From Chiloscyllium plagiosum (taxonomy: Eukaryota), in assembly GCF_004010195.1 (NCBI RefSeq), contig NC_057752.1, forward strand, positions 11,554,915 through 11,618,914: a DNA stretch of 64,000 bases. Direction: 5' to 3'. Made by a program: the position numbers and the translations under genes. Below, one piece after another: positions 13,466-26,534 of the stretch (the first letter of the stretch is position 1; each line of letters begins with the position of its first letter). The notes beneath the pieces are model-generated. The model worked only from the letters and a program-made list of their open reading frames with translations, was not told the origin of the DNA and did not search any database.

Positions 13466-13780
13466 GGGGATTCTGTTGCAATCAGTAGCTTTAGGGATAA
13501 CCACATAATGTATAACAATCTGTCTGATTGTCCTAAAAGACTTAAACCTATTAATCAAAGCATAATTGATATCTTTGAATTTATGGAAAGGAATGTTGTT
13601 TCAGCTGGAATCCAAGATATAATGGCGGAGCAGTAAAACCTGTAAATCTCCAGCCAACCAGCCACATCCCACAGGTATTTCTGGTGAAGCCAAACTCCTT
13701 CCATCCCTTTTTTGTATGTGACACATGGGATTTTTGATCAATCCCTTTTGTTTTACTTTTGAATTCTCTCTCCCCCACAG

Positions 13781-14676
13781 TTAATTTACTTGTGATTGTT
13801 ATTCTTTCCCGTGTCAAGTGTGGTCTCTCCACCTGCACCACTTGCTACTTGGTTGCCGTGTCAACAATGGATCTGCTGTCTACTATCACTAACACCATCC
13901 TGAAGCAAATTATTCCTTTATATATTTCACAAGACTCTTGCCTGGTTCTCATCCCTGTTTGGAGATTTTTGCATGCCTTGCATTTTATGATCAGAGAGTC
14001 CTCTGTCTGGTTCACTGTCTTCTTCTCTTTTGATCGATTTGTGGCCATTTGTTGCCAGAAGCTAAAAACAAAGTATTGTACTGAGAGAACTGCAAAGGCG
14101 ATTCTAGCAACAACCTGCATTCTATTCTGCTTCAAAAATGTGCCTATCTACTTTAAATATGAACCTCGGTATCTAGTTAACAATGTGCCCTTGAAATGTA
14201 AACTGAAGAAAATCTATTTGACTGAGGCAGGATGGAGAGGGTATGACATATTTAACAAGCTTATAACCCCTTTGCTCCTATTTGTATTAATTCTGTTACT
14301 CAGCACTCTGACAGTCAAGCACATTTTAGTAACGAGTCGAGTCCGTAGGGGACTGAGGGGTCAGAATAAAGGAGAGAGTCACAGTGACCCCGAGTCAGAG
14401 AACAAAAGGAAGTCAATTATTTTGCTCTGCACCATTTCCGGCAGTTTTCTACTTCTATGGATGGGCTTCATTCTAAATTTCATACGTTACAGCATCAGAA
14501 GAGATCATCTAATTGAAGCTATCAAAATACGTAGAGACATTTCAATTATTTGGTGGAATGTTAGTTCTTGCACAAATGCCTTTATTTATTTGGCAACGCT
14601 ATCCAAGTTCAGGCAGCTGATCAAGGACACTTTGAAATCTTTGGTTGCACCAATTGCTCGATTAAAAAAGAAATAA
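13781..14676 (+). CDS. GPR139/GPR142-like class A GPCR, main coding exon (exon 2); exon 1 not located
   Basis: Acceptor tctctctcccccacag at 13780, then VNLLVIVILSRVKCGLS; SVWFTVFFSFDRFVAICC (TM3) and SSCTNAFIY (TM7); uninterrupted to TAA. Confidence 0.8.
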
Positions 14677-16494
14677 TAAAAAAAAGGAGAGAATCAGCTA
14701 AGATGCGGATTGTATTTATCCCTGACCTTGAGCTAATAAACCCTGGCAGTAAATGCGGATTGGTGAGTGAGAGCACCCCTTGAAGGGCAAGACAGAAAAC
14801 AGCGTGGGTGAAATAGTCCCCCATATGATGGATTTTCATCAATTCACATTGTCACCACTCACTTGGGAAAGTGTGCTGAGCCTTGTACCCTATTACACCG
14901 AGGGTGGGGTTGGGATCATCACAAATATTAATCCTTTAATCAAAGCACGCAAATTCCACAAACCTCCTGTTGGCTTGCATCAAGTTCACAGAAAATGCTG
15001 ACACTTTCCCTGGATTTGACAAGAATTAATATTTATTGCAGATAAGTAAATGCTAATCTCAAGTAAACAGCTATAAGCTGATAACACATGGGTGTCCTGG
15101 TAACAGTCCATTTTGATCGTAAAAAGCCTGCATGCAGATGCAGACACAAGTTCACAAACAAAAAACAACATTGGTTTATTGGTGGAGGAGAAAATAACCC
15201 TGTGAACCACAGTTTGGTAGCATCACTCCAAATGGCTTCACTAAGATGACCCTTTTGGCTGATGGTGACATTTTGTTCTGCAATGACTTTTCTCCAGTCT
15301 CACTTCCTCTCAGAGGTACGGTACCCTATCGTCAACGTTGATGACAGGGTCACTGCTTCAGGGCAGCGATCTGACAGCAAGTGATGGGAGAAAATAGATG
15401 GCCTTCTTCAGACTCCATGTATTTCAATGCACCACCTCACCCCTCCAGAGGTCCTCAGGGCTCTCCTTGTATCGTTCACATCTACAAGCTGCCAATAAAC
15501 CAACCATCGAGTTGCTTGAAGGCTCGTAAACTTTGACATCCGAGAATGGTCAGGTTGCACAAACCAATCAGCGACTTGTTGAAGGCCAAATCCCCTTCTC
15601 CATATACCTGCTGCCTGCCCTACTGAAAACTGCTCCTCCTACTGTTCAAAGTAAGCAGCAGTGTAAACAGCACTTGCAATGAGTTTCGGGAACGTGTTTT
15701 TTTTTAAAGTGAATCTTGGGAAGATATCTGGCCCTGTGAAGCATATCAAAACAGCCTTTCAAGTGGGGAATTGGGAATGAATCTGTTTTCCAGACTGTTT
15801 ACCTTTGGGGAGAATATACAGAATCAAATTGATCCAACCAGTTAGGAACTGACAGGAGTGGTGATCTCCAGTTTCAATCAAGTGATTCCCTAGCATGACA
15901 TTTGAAATGTTCTAATCACTGAAAGGTTATTTGACCATTCTTTAATTTTCCCTTAAGGAGACCTTCAAATGGTACCTTATCTGCTCCTGTCAGTGTTTCT
16001 GTAAACACAGAGATGTCATACAATTTTGAGGATTCATCCTCCTTTTTATTTGAAAAAGCTATTGTTGAGAGTGGCATTAATTTAGCGTTCCATATCTGGT
16101 GTTTCCCATGTCACATGAAACTTCATCTAACTGTGTCATATCAGTAAGTAGCCTTTTGCAAATGGAAACAAATCTCAATATCAAAACAGAGGACAGGTTA
16201 TCACAATCATCCACTTCCTTTCTTTGCTTAAGGAACGAATGTACCATTTCTCAATTAACTATCAGGAAAGTGTAACAAAATGATCACCTGCCTACATTAC
16301 GTCACTGTGATCAGGAACTCCCTAATATTACCAGCAAGATAATGCACTTTCAATCTCATTCCCATGATCACTTCAAATCAGCAAATACCAGGATATTAAT
16401 TTGGGGAATCTCGAGTAGCAGATATGAAGAAATATTATCTCTTATTCCTGCCCTGTTCTATTTCTGCCTTTCTAACAGTTTTGAGAGTTTGATG

Positions 16495-17000
16495 ACACAT
16501 AAAACATCGAACATAAAACGTAGAACAGTGCAGCCCAGTACAGGCTCTTCAGCCTTTGATGCTGTGCCAACCTTTTATCCTACTCTCAGATCAAACTACC
16601 CTACACACCCTTCACTTTACTATCTTCCATGTGCTTATCCAAAAGTCATTTAAATGTCCCTAATGTATCTGACTCCACTATCACCGCTGACAGTGCAGTC
16701 TGCGCACCCACCACTCTCTGTAACGAACCTCCCTCTGACATCTCCCCGAAACCTTCCGACAATCACCTTAAAATTATGTCTCCTTATGACAGCGATGTCC
16801 ATCCAGGAAAAAAGTCTGTGGTTATCCACTCTATCTATGCCTCTTACTGAATTGTACACCTCTATCAAATCACCTCTCATCCTTCTTCACTCCAATAAGA
16901 AAAGCCCTATCCCCCTCAATCGTTTTTAATAAGACATGCCCTCCAGTCCAGGCAGCATCCTGGTAAATCTCCAACGCACCCTCAGTCAAGCTTCACATCT
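16495..17000 (-). mobile_element. CR1 LINE 3' end
   Basis: MRGDLIEVYNSVRGIDRVD...; catagaa-type tail. Confidence 0.85.
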
Positions 17001-18945
17001 GTAAAGAGGACGTTTTACACCTGAACCACACTGGGATCAACATCCTTGCAGGTCAGTTTGCTCGTGCAGTTGTGTGGAATGTAAACTCGTCTGACAGGGG
17101 GATATTGACGAAATAGAGACACATCATGCTACAGCAAAGGAAGCAAGTCAGAGAGAGTTCAGCTATCTTTAGTGTCAAGAGAGTAAGGCAAGGCTGGATG
17201 TTCTTTACTTTAACACGTGGTGTGTAATAGTTCAGACTGATGAATTAAATGTGTGGATTGACCAATGAAATTATGATAATGTTGTCGTCAAATAAACATG
17301 GTTGAGGGAAGGGCACGACAAGCAATTAAGCATTCCACGGCATAGAATCTTTAGGCGAGACAGGGAAGTGTCAAAAGGATGGTAGGGGTGTAGCACAATT
17401 AATGAAAGAGTCTATTACTGCAAGAAGGAGAGAAGATATCTTAGATGGGTCCTCAAACGAGGTTTTGTGGATAGAACTTAGGAATGTTAAGGGGCAGCTA
17501 CTTTACTGGGAGTGTACTGTAAGCCCCCAAATAGTCAGCTGGAAGTAAAGGACTAAATATAGTGACAGTCCACAGAGATGTGTAAGAATAATAATCGGGT
17601 AATTGTACAAGGGGATTTGAACTTTCGCAACAGAAGTTGGGATAATCATCGTGTTAAGGTTTAGAGGGGGCAGATTTATTGAAATGCACTTCGAGGAGTT
17701 TTTTTCGTATCAATACGCAGAAGACCCCACAAGGGACTGTGCAGTGCTGGGTCTGGTTCTGGGGAAAGAAGCTGGACAAATATTTGATATGGCAGTGGGG
17801 GAACATTTCAGCTATAGCAACCACAACATGGTACGGTTCAAATTTACTATGGTCAAGGATAAAGATGACCTGCAAAAAATAGCTTTGGACTGGGGGAAAT
17901 CAGAGTTTATTAAAATAAAGCAGAATGTGGCCGAAACTGACTGATAACAGCTCCGTGTAGGTAAATCGATAGCAGAGCAGTGGGGGCATTCAAAAAGGAT
18001 CTGGGGATATTACAGGCCCAACATGACCCTTGCCAGGGAGATACAACAGCAGTACGTTCAGGAAACCCTGGATGTCTTGGACAATTTTGGACTGGATGAG
18101 GAAGAACAGAAAGGCTTTTAGCAAGTCCAAAGGGAGCAATTCAAATGCGGCCCAAGAGGAATACAGGAAGTGCAAGTGCAAGAGGGAATTTTAAAAAAGC
18201 AATTAGAAGATCAAAAAGGGGCATGAGAAAGGAGTGGCGGACAAGATTAGGGAGAAACTTAAGATATTTTTGAAATACAAGAAAGGGAAGAGATTAACCA
18301 GGGAAAGAGTACAGTTGATAAGGGACCAAGGGGGCAACCTGTATGTGAAGCTGCAAGATATCGGAAGGGTATTGAAAGAATACTTCTCTTCAGTCTGCAC
18401 TCTGGAAAAGTCGATCGTTGGAATGGAATTCAGGAAAAGAGATTATGAGGAACTTGCATAGTTTTACAGAGGAAATGGGGAGGTATTGTCGGATCTGTCG
18501 GTTTAAAAACAGACAAACCCTCTGGCCCAGATAAATTGCATCCCAGGCTGCTGTGGGGAGTGGAGGGAGGGGTGGGGAAGGTGAGGCATGAAATTGCAGG
18601 GGCTCTGACAAAATTTTTTAACTCCTCTGTTGCCAAAGGGGAGGTGGTACAGGACTCGAGGATGGCGGATATGGTTTCACATTTCAGGAGAGGTGGGAGA
18701 GATGAACCAGGAAATTACAGACTGGTAAGTCTCACATCTGTGGGAGGGAAGCTGTTGGAGAACGTTCTGAAGGTTAGAAGGTTGTTTGAGTGACTGGAAG
18801 CTGATATCCAGCAGTGTACCTCAATGATCAGTACGAGGAGCCATCTAGTAGGTTATGTACAGAAATGATATGGATGGAAATGTGGGGATAATGTGAAGCA
18901 CGTTTGCAGATGATACCAAGATTGGTGGAGTGGTTAAGAGTGAGT
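17001..18945 (+). mobile_element. Decayed CR1 LINE (end of ORF1, endonuclease, start of RT)
   Basis: VLGLVLGKEAGQI..VGEHF and PGNYRLVSLTSVGGKLLE; FADDTKIGG at about 18903. Confidence 0.8.
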
Positions 18946-20969
18946 GAATTTGACAGAATGAATTCACTGACTGGGTGTCTGTTGAGTGGGGATGACTCGA
19001 TCAGCCATGTTCAGTCACAGTGTGACAGCAGGAAACCAGACCCACATTGATTCAGGCAACCTCAACAATTCCAGGCATTGTTATTCAACCTGCACAGTGA
19101 TGTGAGAAACACATGGGGAACAGGGGGAGCTTGCACCAAGGCCTGCCAGGGTATGGTAAAGAGATAAAGACAAATCAAAGACTAGACACAAAGAAAACAT
19201 TGAACCCCTCTGCCCCCCTCCCCCCAGATATTCAATTGCGCATTGTCTCTGCTGACAGAAAGTGAAACATTCACCCAAACATGAAATAACAGTTCGGCAG
19301 GTCACCTCATGTCCTCTTCTGCTTTGGATACTTTAACCACAGGATATTTTAGTTTGTATTTCCATGTGAAGATAATTCTACAAAAGTCTCTCATGTGTCT
19401 TGTTTGTCTTTCTTCTGTGATAGAATGTACACGTGCGTAGATTATTTTGAGAAATACTTGAAGCTTTCAGATTAGTAATTAATCATCGATTATCCATTGA
19501 TGAAGGATAGATTTGTTACAGAAAACATTATTTCTGTTTACTTGCTGTATTATTCTAAATTTTAGTCTGCGAACCAGTTTCCTTATTTTAGATGGAGATC
19601 AGCAAGGTATTAACTATCTGTAAGTATTTCATATTTGAGGTGACTTGTGGATGAGTGTATGTTGATTCCCAGTGTAATGTTTCCATCATGTCTGGGACAC
19701 TGTCCTTAATCCATGGTTGTATATTGCCAGCAATCCCGTGCACATTCATATTGTTTCCCGTGAGGCACTTTATCAAAAGCATTCTGATAATCCCAATACA
19801 CCACATCCAATGCTTCACCACATCAACTCTGTCAGTAACATCTTCAGGAAAATATCTCAGTTCCCTTCCCTTCGCAATACAGTGCTGCCTCTGCTGAATC
19901 AGAGAATGGTTTTCTACTTATAAAATAATTGCTTGCTCTGTAATATATTAATCACCTTCCCAACGACTGAGGTCAGATGAACAGATCTGCCACTGCCATT
20001 TTTATTGTCCAACCTTTCTTAAACAATGATGGAGCGTTTTCAAAATGCTAAAGAGTTGTCCGCATTGAGATATTGATATCATTCAAAATGTGATGATCAA
20101 TGTACATGGTGAAAATCTTCATGTGATAATCACTCTCTCTGTCCACATCTTTTTCACCTCTCTCAGGCAAAGACTAATGGGTCCCCTCACGGTGTCAACT
20201 TTCAGACTCATGAATTTCTCGAATATCAATTCTCTATAACATTGAATTTCTTTCAGTTCCACACTTCACTGGATCATTGAATCGTGTTTGGTTTGGGGAG
20301 ACTTCCTGTTTCTTTCATTTTTAAGACAAAGTACTAATTTCGCTTCTTTACCATTTCTCTCTTTCCCATTATAAAAATGTCTGTCTCTTCACGGAATTGA
20401 CCCACACTAATCTTTCTTCATCTGTTTTGCTGAACATTGTGCAATCATCAGCGAACATCCACCCCTTTGACATGATGGTGGATGCAGTGTAAAATGGTTC
20501 AGCCTGAGGTAATCCTGCAGAGATGGTTTGGAGCTGAGTCACCCATTCCCCAAACAACTACAACCATCTTCCATTATCTTCCATCAGGCTCCGAACAGAG
20601 GAGAGACTGCCCCCTGGTTCACATTGACTCCAGATTTGTGGTGGCTCTTTTCCTACAAATTACCAACTGGCTCCTTGATGTCAAGGACAGTCACTCCTAC
20701 CTGTTCTCCAGTGTTTGTAATTTGTAATAATAACAGGAAATCATACCATGGTAATCCTACTTATGACTGGATCATGAAGATTTCCACCTTAATATTTTCG
20801 TGACCTTAGTGATAGAAGAGTGGGAAATCTGCTGCCTGGTAAGAATTAATGCAATTAGTAAAGCTAATTGTACCTACTGAGCCAAGACTGTATGAGGCTC
20901 ATACGCTTGAAGCTTCAGAATAGTGGGTACATAGTTAACAGAGAGCCAGGGCAAAAATGCGTTAATTTG

Positions 20970-22440
20970 TAAATGTTTATGGAGAGGCCAGCCGAGTGGA
21001 ATGTGCAGCTTGTCACAAGTGGGGAATCCTGGACACTGTCAGTGTCCGAGATGACCACATGTGCAGGAGGTGTTCCCAGCTGCAGAAGCTGGAGCTCTGG
21101 GTCTCAGAGCTGGAGCAGAAGTTGGAGACACTGTGGCACATCCACAAGGCTGAGAGTGACATGGACAGCACATTTAGAGAGGTGGTCACACTGCAGCTCA
21201 AGGGACTAGAGGGAAGAAGGGAATGGGTGACCACCATACAGTCCAGAAATCACAGGCAGGTAATGCAGGAATACCCTGGGGTCGCCCTCACTAACCGGCA
21301 TTCCATTTTGGAAGCTGATGTGGGTGCTGGTACCTCAGAGGAATGCCAAGCTTCTGGCACCACAAGCGGCTTGACTGTACAGGGGGAGGAATAAAGGAAG
21401 AGGATTAGTGATAGGGGATTCTTTAGTCAGGGGAGCAGACATCTGCACCCAAAGATGTGACTCCAGGATGGTGTGTTGCCTCCCTCGTGCCGGGGTCAGA
21501 GATGTCACTGACCCTGGCACATGGGTGCAGGGCATCCTCAAAGGATTGGGTGATTGGTTAGAGGGTGGGCAGTATATTGGTCCCAATGATCTGGGCAAAG
21601 TGAGGAATGACAGCATGCATCAAGATTTCAGGGATCTCGGCAGGAGATTAAAAAGCAGGACCTCAATGGTTGTAATCCATGGATGATTACCAGTGCAACA
21701 TACCAGTGAGTACAGAAATAGGAAAATTGGACAGATGAACACTTTGCTCATGACTCCATGCAAGAGGGAGAGTTTTAGATTCCTGGATCACTGGGACCAT
21801 TTTTGGGAAAGGTGGGACATTTGTAAAGAGGACGGTTGGCACCTGAACCACACTGGGACCAACATTCTTGCAGGTAGGTTTGCTAGTTCTGTTGGGAGGA
21901 ATTTAAATGAGTCTGGCAGGGGGAGGCGACACAGGATATTGATGAAATAGAGACACATCATGCTACAGCAAAGGAAGCAAGTCAGAGTGAGTTCAGCTAC
22001 GTTTAGTGTCAAGAGAGTAAGGCAAGGTTGGATGGTCTTAACTTTAACATGAGGAATGTAATAGGTCAGATTGACATGTTATTGGTGTGGATTGACACAT
22101 GAAAGTACGATGTTGTTATCATCACAGAAACATGGTTGCGGGAAGGGCTGGCCTGGCAATTCAACATTCCTGGGTACAGGACCTTTAGGCGAGACAAAGG
22201 AGGGTGTACAAAGGGTGGTGGTGAAACACTATTAATGAAGGAGTCAATTACTGTAAGAAGGAGAGATGTTATCTTCGATGGGTCCTCAAACAAGGCTTTG
22301 TGGGTAGAACGTCGGAATGTTAAGGGGACAGCTACTTTACTGGGAGTGTACTATTGGCCCCCAAAGCGTCAATGGGAAATAGAGGAATAAACATGTAAAT
22401 GGTTCACAGAGATGTGAAAGAATAATAATCGGTAATTGTA
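20970..22440 (+). mobile_element. CR1 LINE fragment (ORF1 and start of endonuclease)
   Basis: MECAACHKWG...HMCRRCSQL; IGDSLVRG (GDSL-esterase-like); HLNHTGTNILAGRF; paralog at 41600-43030. Confidence 0.85.
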
Positions 22441-22714
22441 CAGAAAAATATACATTAAAAAAACCTTTCCCCCGACTACATCCACTCCAAACACACTTGG
22501 GGTTGGATAACAAGGGGTTAAATAGAGTCACTCAACTCATTAGAAGTCAAAGTAAACTAAAACTCAAATCCCCTTGGGCCATCCCCATCAATCTCACTTG
22601 GGACAGGGACAACATGAATCCTTGTTTCTTTCAGAAACTCCAAAACGCAAATAGGAAAATAATTACATTGGAACAGAAACATATGAAATGGCAATACCAT
22701 TTTCCAGGCTGGTG

Positions 22715-22882
22715 ATGTACTCCAGCTCCAACAGTGCCCACCGGTCTCTAAATGCCTCGACGATGCTGGTGATGACCAGATGCTCCCTCTCTAGGGAGAC
22801 CCGAGGGCAGATGTAACCGTGAAAGAGGGGCAGACAGTCAGGAGTGACAAGCCCCTCCTATGCCTGCTGCTTGGACCTGTTA
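22715..22882 (-). mobile_element. Tx1/L1-like LINE 3' remnant, fused to GPCR copy A
   Basis: Homologous to 43320-43471 of the longer Tx1-like remnant. Confidence 0.55.
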
Positions 22883-23663
22883 CAGTTTATATCCCGGAGC
22901 ATATTTGCGACATATCTGAAGACATATTCAGAATTATTGTCTAATAATGGATCTAAGGTATTAAAATATTTCAAAAGGTACCACATCCATAGAAGGATGA
23001 AACTACTGGATATTGCGAAGAGTAAAATGATAGACTTTCTTCTGCTCTCCATCTCTGGGTCACAATGATTCTGCCCCTTGCTGTGATCCCTCAGTCTCTT
23101 ACGGGCCCGACTGGCCACTAAAATGTGCCGCACTGTCAGAGTGTTAATCAACAGAACTAAAGCAAATGGGAGCATTGGAGTTAAGACCTTTTCAAATCTA
23201 TTGAATCCTACTCGTACGGGATCACTATAATATGCTTCAGTATTGGTGCAGAACCACTCGACATTGTTAATGATTCGTTTAGCTTCGTACCTGAAGTAGG
23301 TGGGAATGTTTTTGAAACAGAGCAGAATGCCTGTTGTTGCTAGAACCACTGTCGCAGTTTTCTTGGTGCAATATTTCATTTTCAACTTCTGGCAACAAAT
23401 GGCAACAAATCGATCAAAGGTAAAAGTGACGGTGAACCAGACAGAACAATCGGTGGCAGCACGGCGCAGGGTGTAGTGAACTCTGCAGACAGTCGTCATA
23501 TCCAAGAAATTCAGAGGGAAATAATAATTATTGATCCGGTACAGTATGACCTCAAGGATAATGTAGAGCAGATCCGCTGTCACCATGGCAACCAGATAAC
23601 ATGTGGTGCATTGGGAGATTCCACATTTTCCGCTGAATAAAATCACAAGTGCTAGTAAATTCA
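22858..23663 (-). pseudogene. GPR139-like GPCR copy A, exon 2, truncated within TM7
   Basis: Acceptor ctctctcgcag, then VNLLALVILFSGKCGIS..FDRFVAICC; ends MLRDINC-NRSKQQA* at a deletion junction. Confidence 0.8.
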
Positions 23664-24139
23664 CTGCGAGAGAGTGAAGGGAAAGGGAATTAGAAATTAC
23701 AGAAAAAAAGTTTGCAGTTTCTGAGGACAGTCCATTTAACAAAACAAATCAGCCATGCCTTCAACAGGTCTCCAAGGTGGACAGATCAGGGTAAAGTTCA
23801 GGTTGAACAGGTATCAGTCAGAGGGGTGTAACGGGCTGCTCACCATATTCCAGTGGGGAATTGTGTGTCTGAAGCTGAAGAGGTGCAACTTTGGAGTAGA
23901 CCCTCTTCCCCACCGGCTGCAGCGTGTTCTATTTCCTTTTCTGTTGCAAAGTGTGTTACCTGCCAAGAAATACTCACTACCCCATTAGACTCACCCTCTG
24001 AATTGGGTGTCTGTCCTTCACACGTCATATTTTGTGGTCTTACCTCCTGTAGGTCAGCCTTACTCACCGCTATTTTTAACTCCACCCGCAACTCCCCAGC
24101 CTTGTTAACGAGCCCATCCTTTTTGGTAATTTACAAAAC

Positions 24140-24480
24140 ATTGGAGCAGCATGGTGGCTCTGTGTTGAGCACTGTTGCTTCCCAATGCTAGGGACCCGAG
24201 TTTGATTCCAGCCTTGGGTGACTGACTTTGTGGAGTTTGCACATCCTCCCTGTGTCTGCATGGGTTCGTTTGCATCCTCCAGTTTCCTCTCACAATCCAA
24301 AGATGTGCAGGTTCGGCGAATTGGCCTTGCTGCATTGCTCAAAGTGTGCAGGGATGTGTGGGTTAGTTGCGATGTTCGGGGTAAATATAGGGTGGTGAAA
24401 TGGGTCTGGGTGGGTTACATTTTGTAGGCTTGGTGTGGACATGTTGGTCTGAAGGGCCTGTTCCCACATTATAGGGTTTC
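24140..24480 (+). mobile_element. HE1-like SINE in the intron of GPCR copy A
   Basis: ggtggctctgtgttgagcactgttgcttcccaatgctagggacccgagtttgattccagcc...; absent from the paralogous intron B. Confidence 0.8.
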
Positions 24481-25719
24481 CAAAAAGGAAAGAAAAATCA
24501 AGGATTTTGTTTTCACTTTCATACTTGTTTCAGCAGTGAGTCAAGGGCTTGGACATATATTACTGTACTAGACATCGGTTAGATTTCCCTTGATTCCTTC
24601 ATACAGTTTGGCACACAACTTCCATTTGAACTGTGTCTCTGTGATGAGATGCCAGTTGATGTGAGGGTGGATGCTGGTGGAGAGATCTGTAGATCTGTTC
24701 CCACGGCTCCACATACCACCAAGTGAAATGTAACTGCACAAGAATACACCCTATCAAGTTACATTTCACACAAAACGATCTGTCAAACAGGTTCCTCAGC
24801 AAACGCAATTGCTTGTTTGCCATCAGGATAAAACATGTTCAACAAGTATGACATAGCTGATTGACACAGAATTCAGGAATTCAGGGAACTAAATGGTGAT
24901 GGCAATTAAATGTCCCAAAAAACACTCTCTCCCGCTCTCCCTCTCTCCCTGTCCTGCTTTCTCTCCCCCTCTCTCACCCACACTCTCTCTCTCTATTTTC
25001 CTGTTCCCGAAAGGAGCAAAGAACAAACAGGTTCTCCTGCAGACATGGAGAAATTCTGAAAGAACAGGCACAGTTTGACGAATGGATTATTTCTGAACAC
25101 AAAATGAAAAGGCGTTGGATGCTCCACAACATTTGTTCTGTGTTTTTACACGTGTGGTCATTCCACTCACCATGCATCTTTGCCTATGAAGTCTTGTACA
25201 TACAGATTCTTCAGAAAATATAATGTTTTGATGTTCTTCCAGTCTCGCCTTCAAAATAGGAAACTTTTTTCACTCTGAACTGATGAATGGGATTTGTTGT
25301 TTCTGAATTGGGAGAGATTATCCAGCTTCTTTACGGCAGCTTCCTCTCCAATTCGGTTTGTTCTTAGCAGCCCTTCCTCCACCTCAATTATATCCTCAGA
25401 ACCTTCCCTCCAATTTAGCGTGTTCTTACCAGGTGTTCTGCCAATTCCATATTTTTTTAAATAAGCTTCTGTGCAACTCAGCTTGTTCTCAGCAGATTCC
25501 CTCCAAATGAATCAAAGAGCTCTCCAAGACAGTCACTGTTCAAAACATATTGACTTATGCAGCCTCAACAATTCCAGACACTTGTAATCAACTTGAACAA
25601 AGATGTGAGAAACAAGTGGGGAACAGGGGGTACATGTACCCAGGCCTGCTTTAGTTCAGGGGTAGGGACACTACCACAGCACCTCAAGAGCCCGACCCTC
25701 AACAATCACAGACACTTAC

Positions 25720-25786
25720 CAGGCAAACCGAGTATAGCTATTGCAATGTAGAATATGTTCCTGACCACTTGGATTGGTCGATGCAT
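25720..25786 (-). CDS. GPCR copy A exon 1 (MHRPIQVVRNIFYIAIAILGLP)
   Basis: ATG at 25786, 67 nt, ends CCT G|gtaagt; phase 1 matches the exon-2 start TG AAT, giving ..GLPVNLL. Confidence 0.85.
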
Positions 25787-26074
25787 TTTCTGAGTGAAGA
25801 GATCAATTACTTTGAGCTGTGTACTCTCTCTGATTCAGAATGGAATGAAGCCCCTTATTTTATTCTCTGCAGTAACTGCCAGGGGAAACTGTGGTTGCAA
25901 CACTATTAGAGTTGATTATTTTCTGAAGAATTCACAAACAAGGATTACGACAGCCGAGTTAACTCCCTGGTGATAGAGATGTTTTGGACAGCTCTGCAGC
26001 TCAATTGAGAGGAAGAAATTCAATTGAGACATTCTTCGCTTCAAAGATATCTCAAAGTACTCCCGCTCAGCGTT

Positions 26075-26405
26075 TTCATTATAGAATCCCTGCAGTGTGG
26101 AAACAGGCCAGCATCTGGCCCAACAAGTCCACACTGACCCACTCAAGAGTAACCCACCCAGAACCATTCCACTATCTTATTCCTGACTAATGCACCTAAC
26201 TTACACATTGCTGAATAATATGGGCGATTTAGCATGGCCAATTCACGGACCCTGCACATCTTTGAATTGTGGGTGGAAACCAGAGCAAACCCACGCAGAA
26301 ACAGGGATGTGCAAATTCCACACACGCAGTGGCCTGAGGCTGGAATTGAAACGGGTCCCTGGTGCTCTGAGGTAGCAATGCTAACCACTGAGACACTGTG
26401 CTGCT
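26075..26405 (-). mobile_element. HE1-like SINE
   Basis: Same consensus as 760-1100; paralog at about 46960-47265. Confidence 0.75.
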
Positions 26406-26534
26406 CTAAATGATTGGGCCCGCCCCAGTGGCAGGTTTTGTCACAGGGTCTGTGCTGACTGGGTCAGCTCTCTGTAAGAGCAGCCCAGCTTGTCTCAATC
26501 AGCAACCCCACTTCAACCATCACTTCACTGTTTC

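Noticed and set aside
13759..13780. Track start codons of the three GPCR ORFs (13759, 23742, 45194)
   Set aside because: They are non-ATG starts within intron or acceptor sequence; the genes have two exons.
24150..24215. tRNA genes
   Set aside because: These are tRNA-derived heads of HE1-like SINEs and do not form a full cloverleaf.
25426..25470. Alternative exon-1 candidate ending ..GRTPG|gtaag on the minus strand
   Set aside because: No TM1-like sequence; the true exon 1 at 25720-25786 fits much better.
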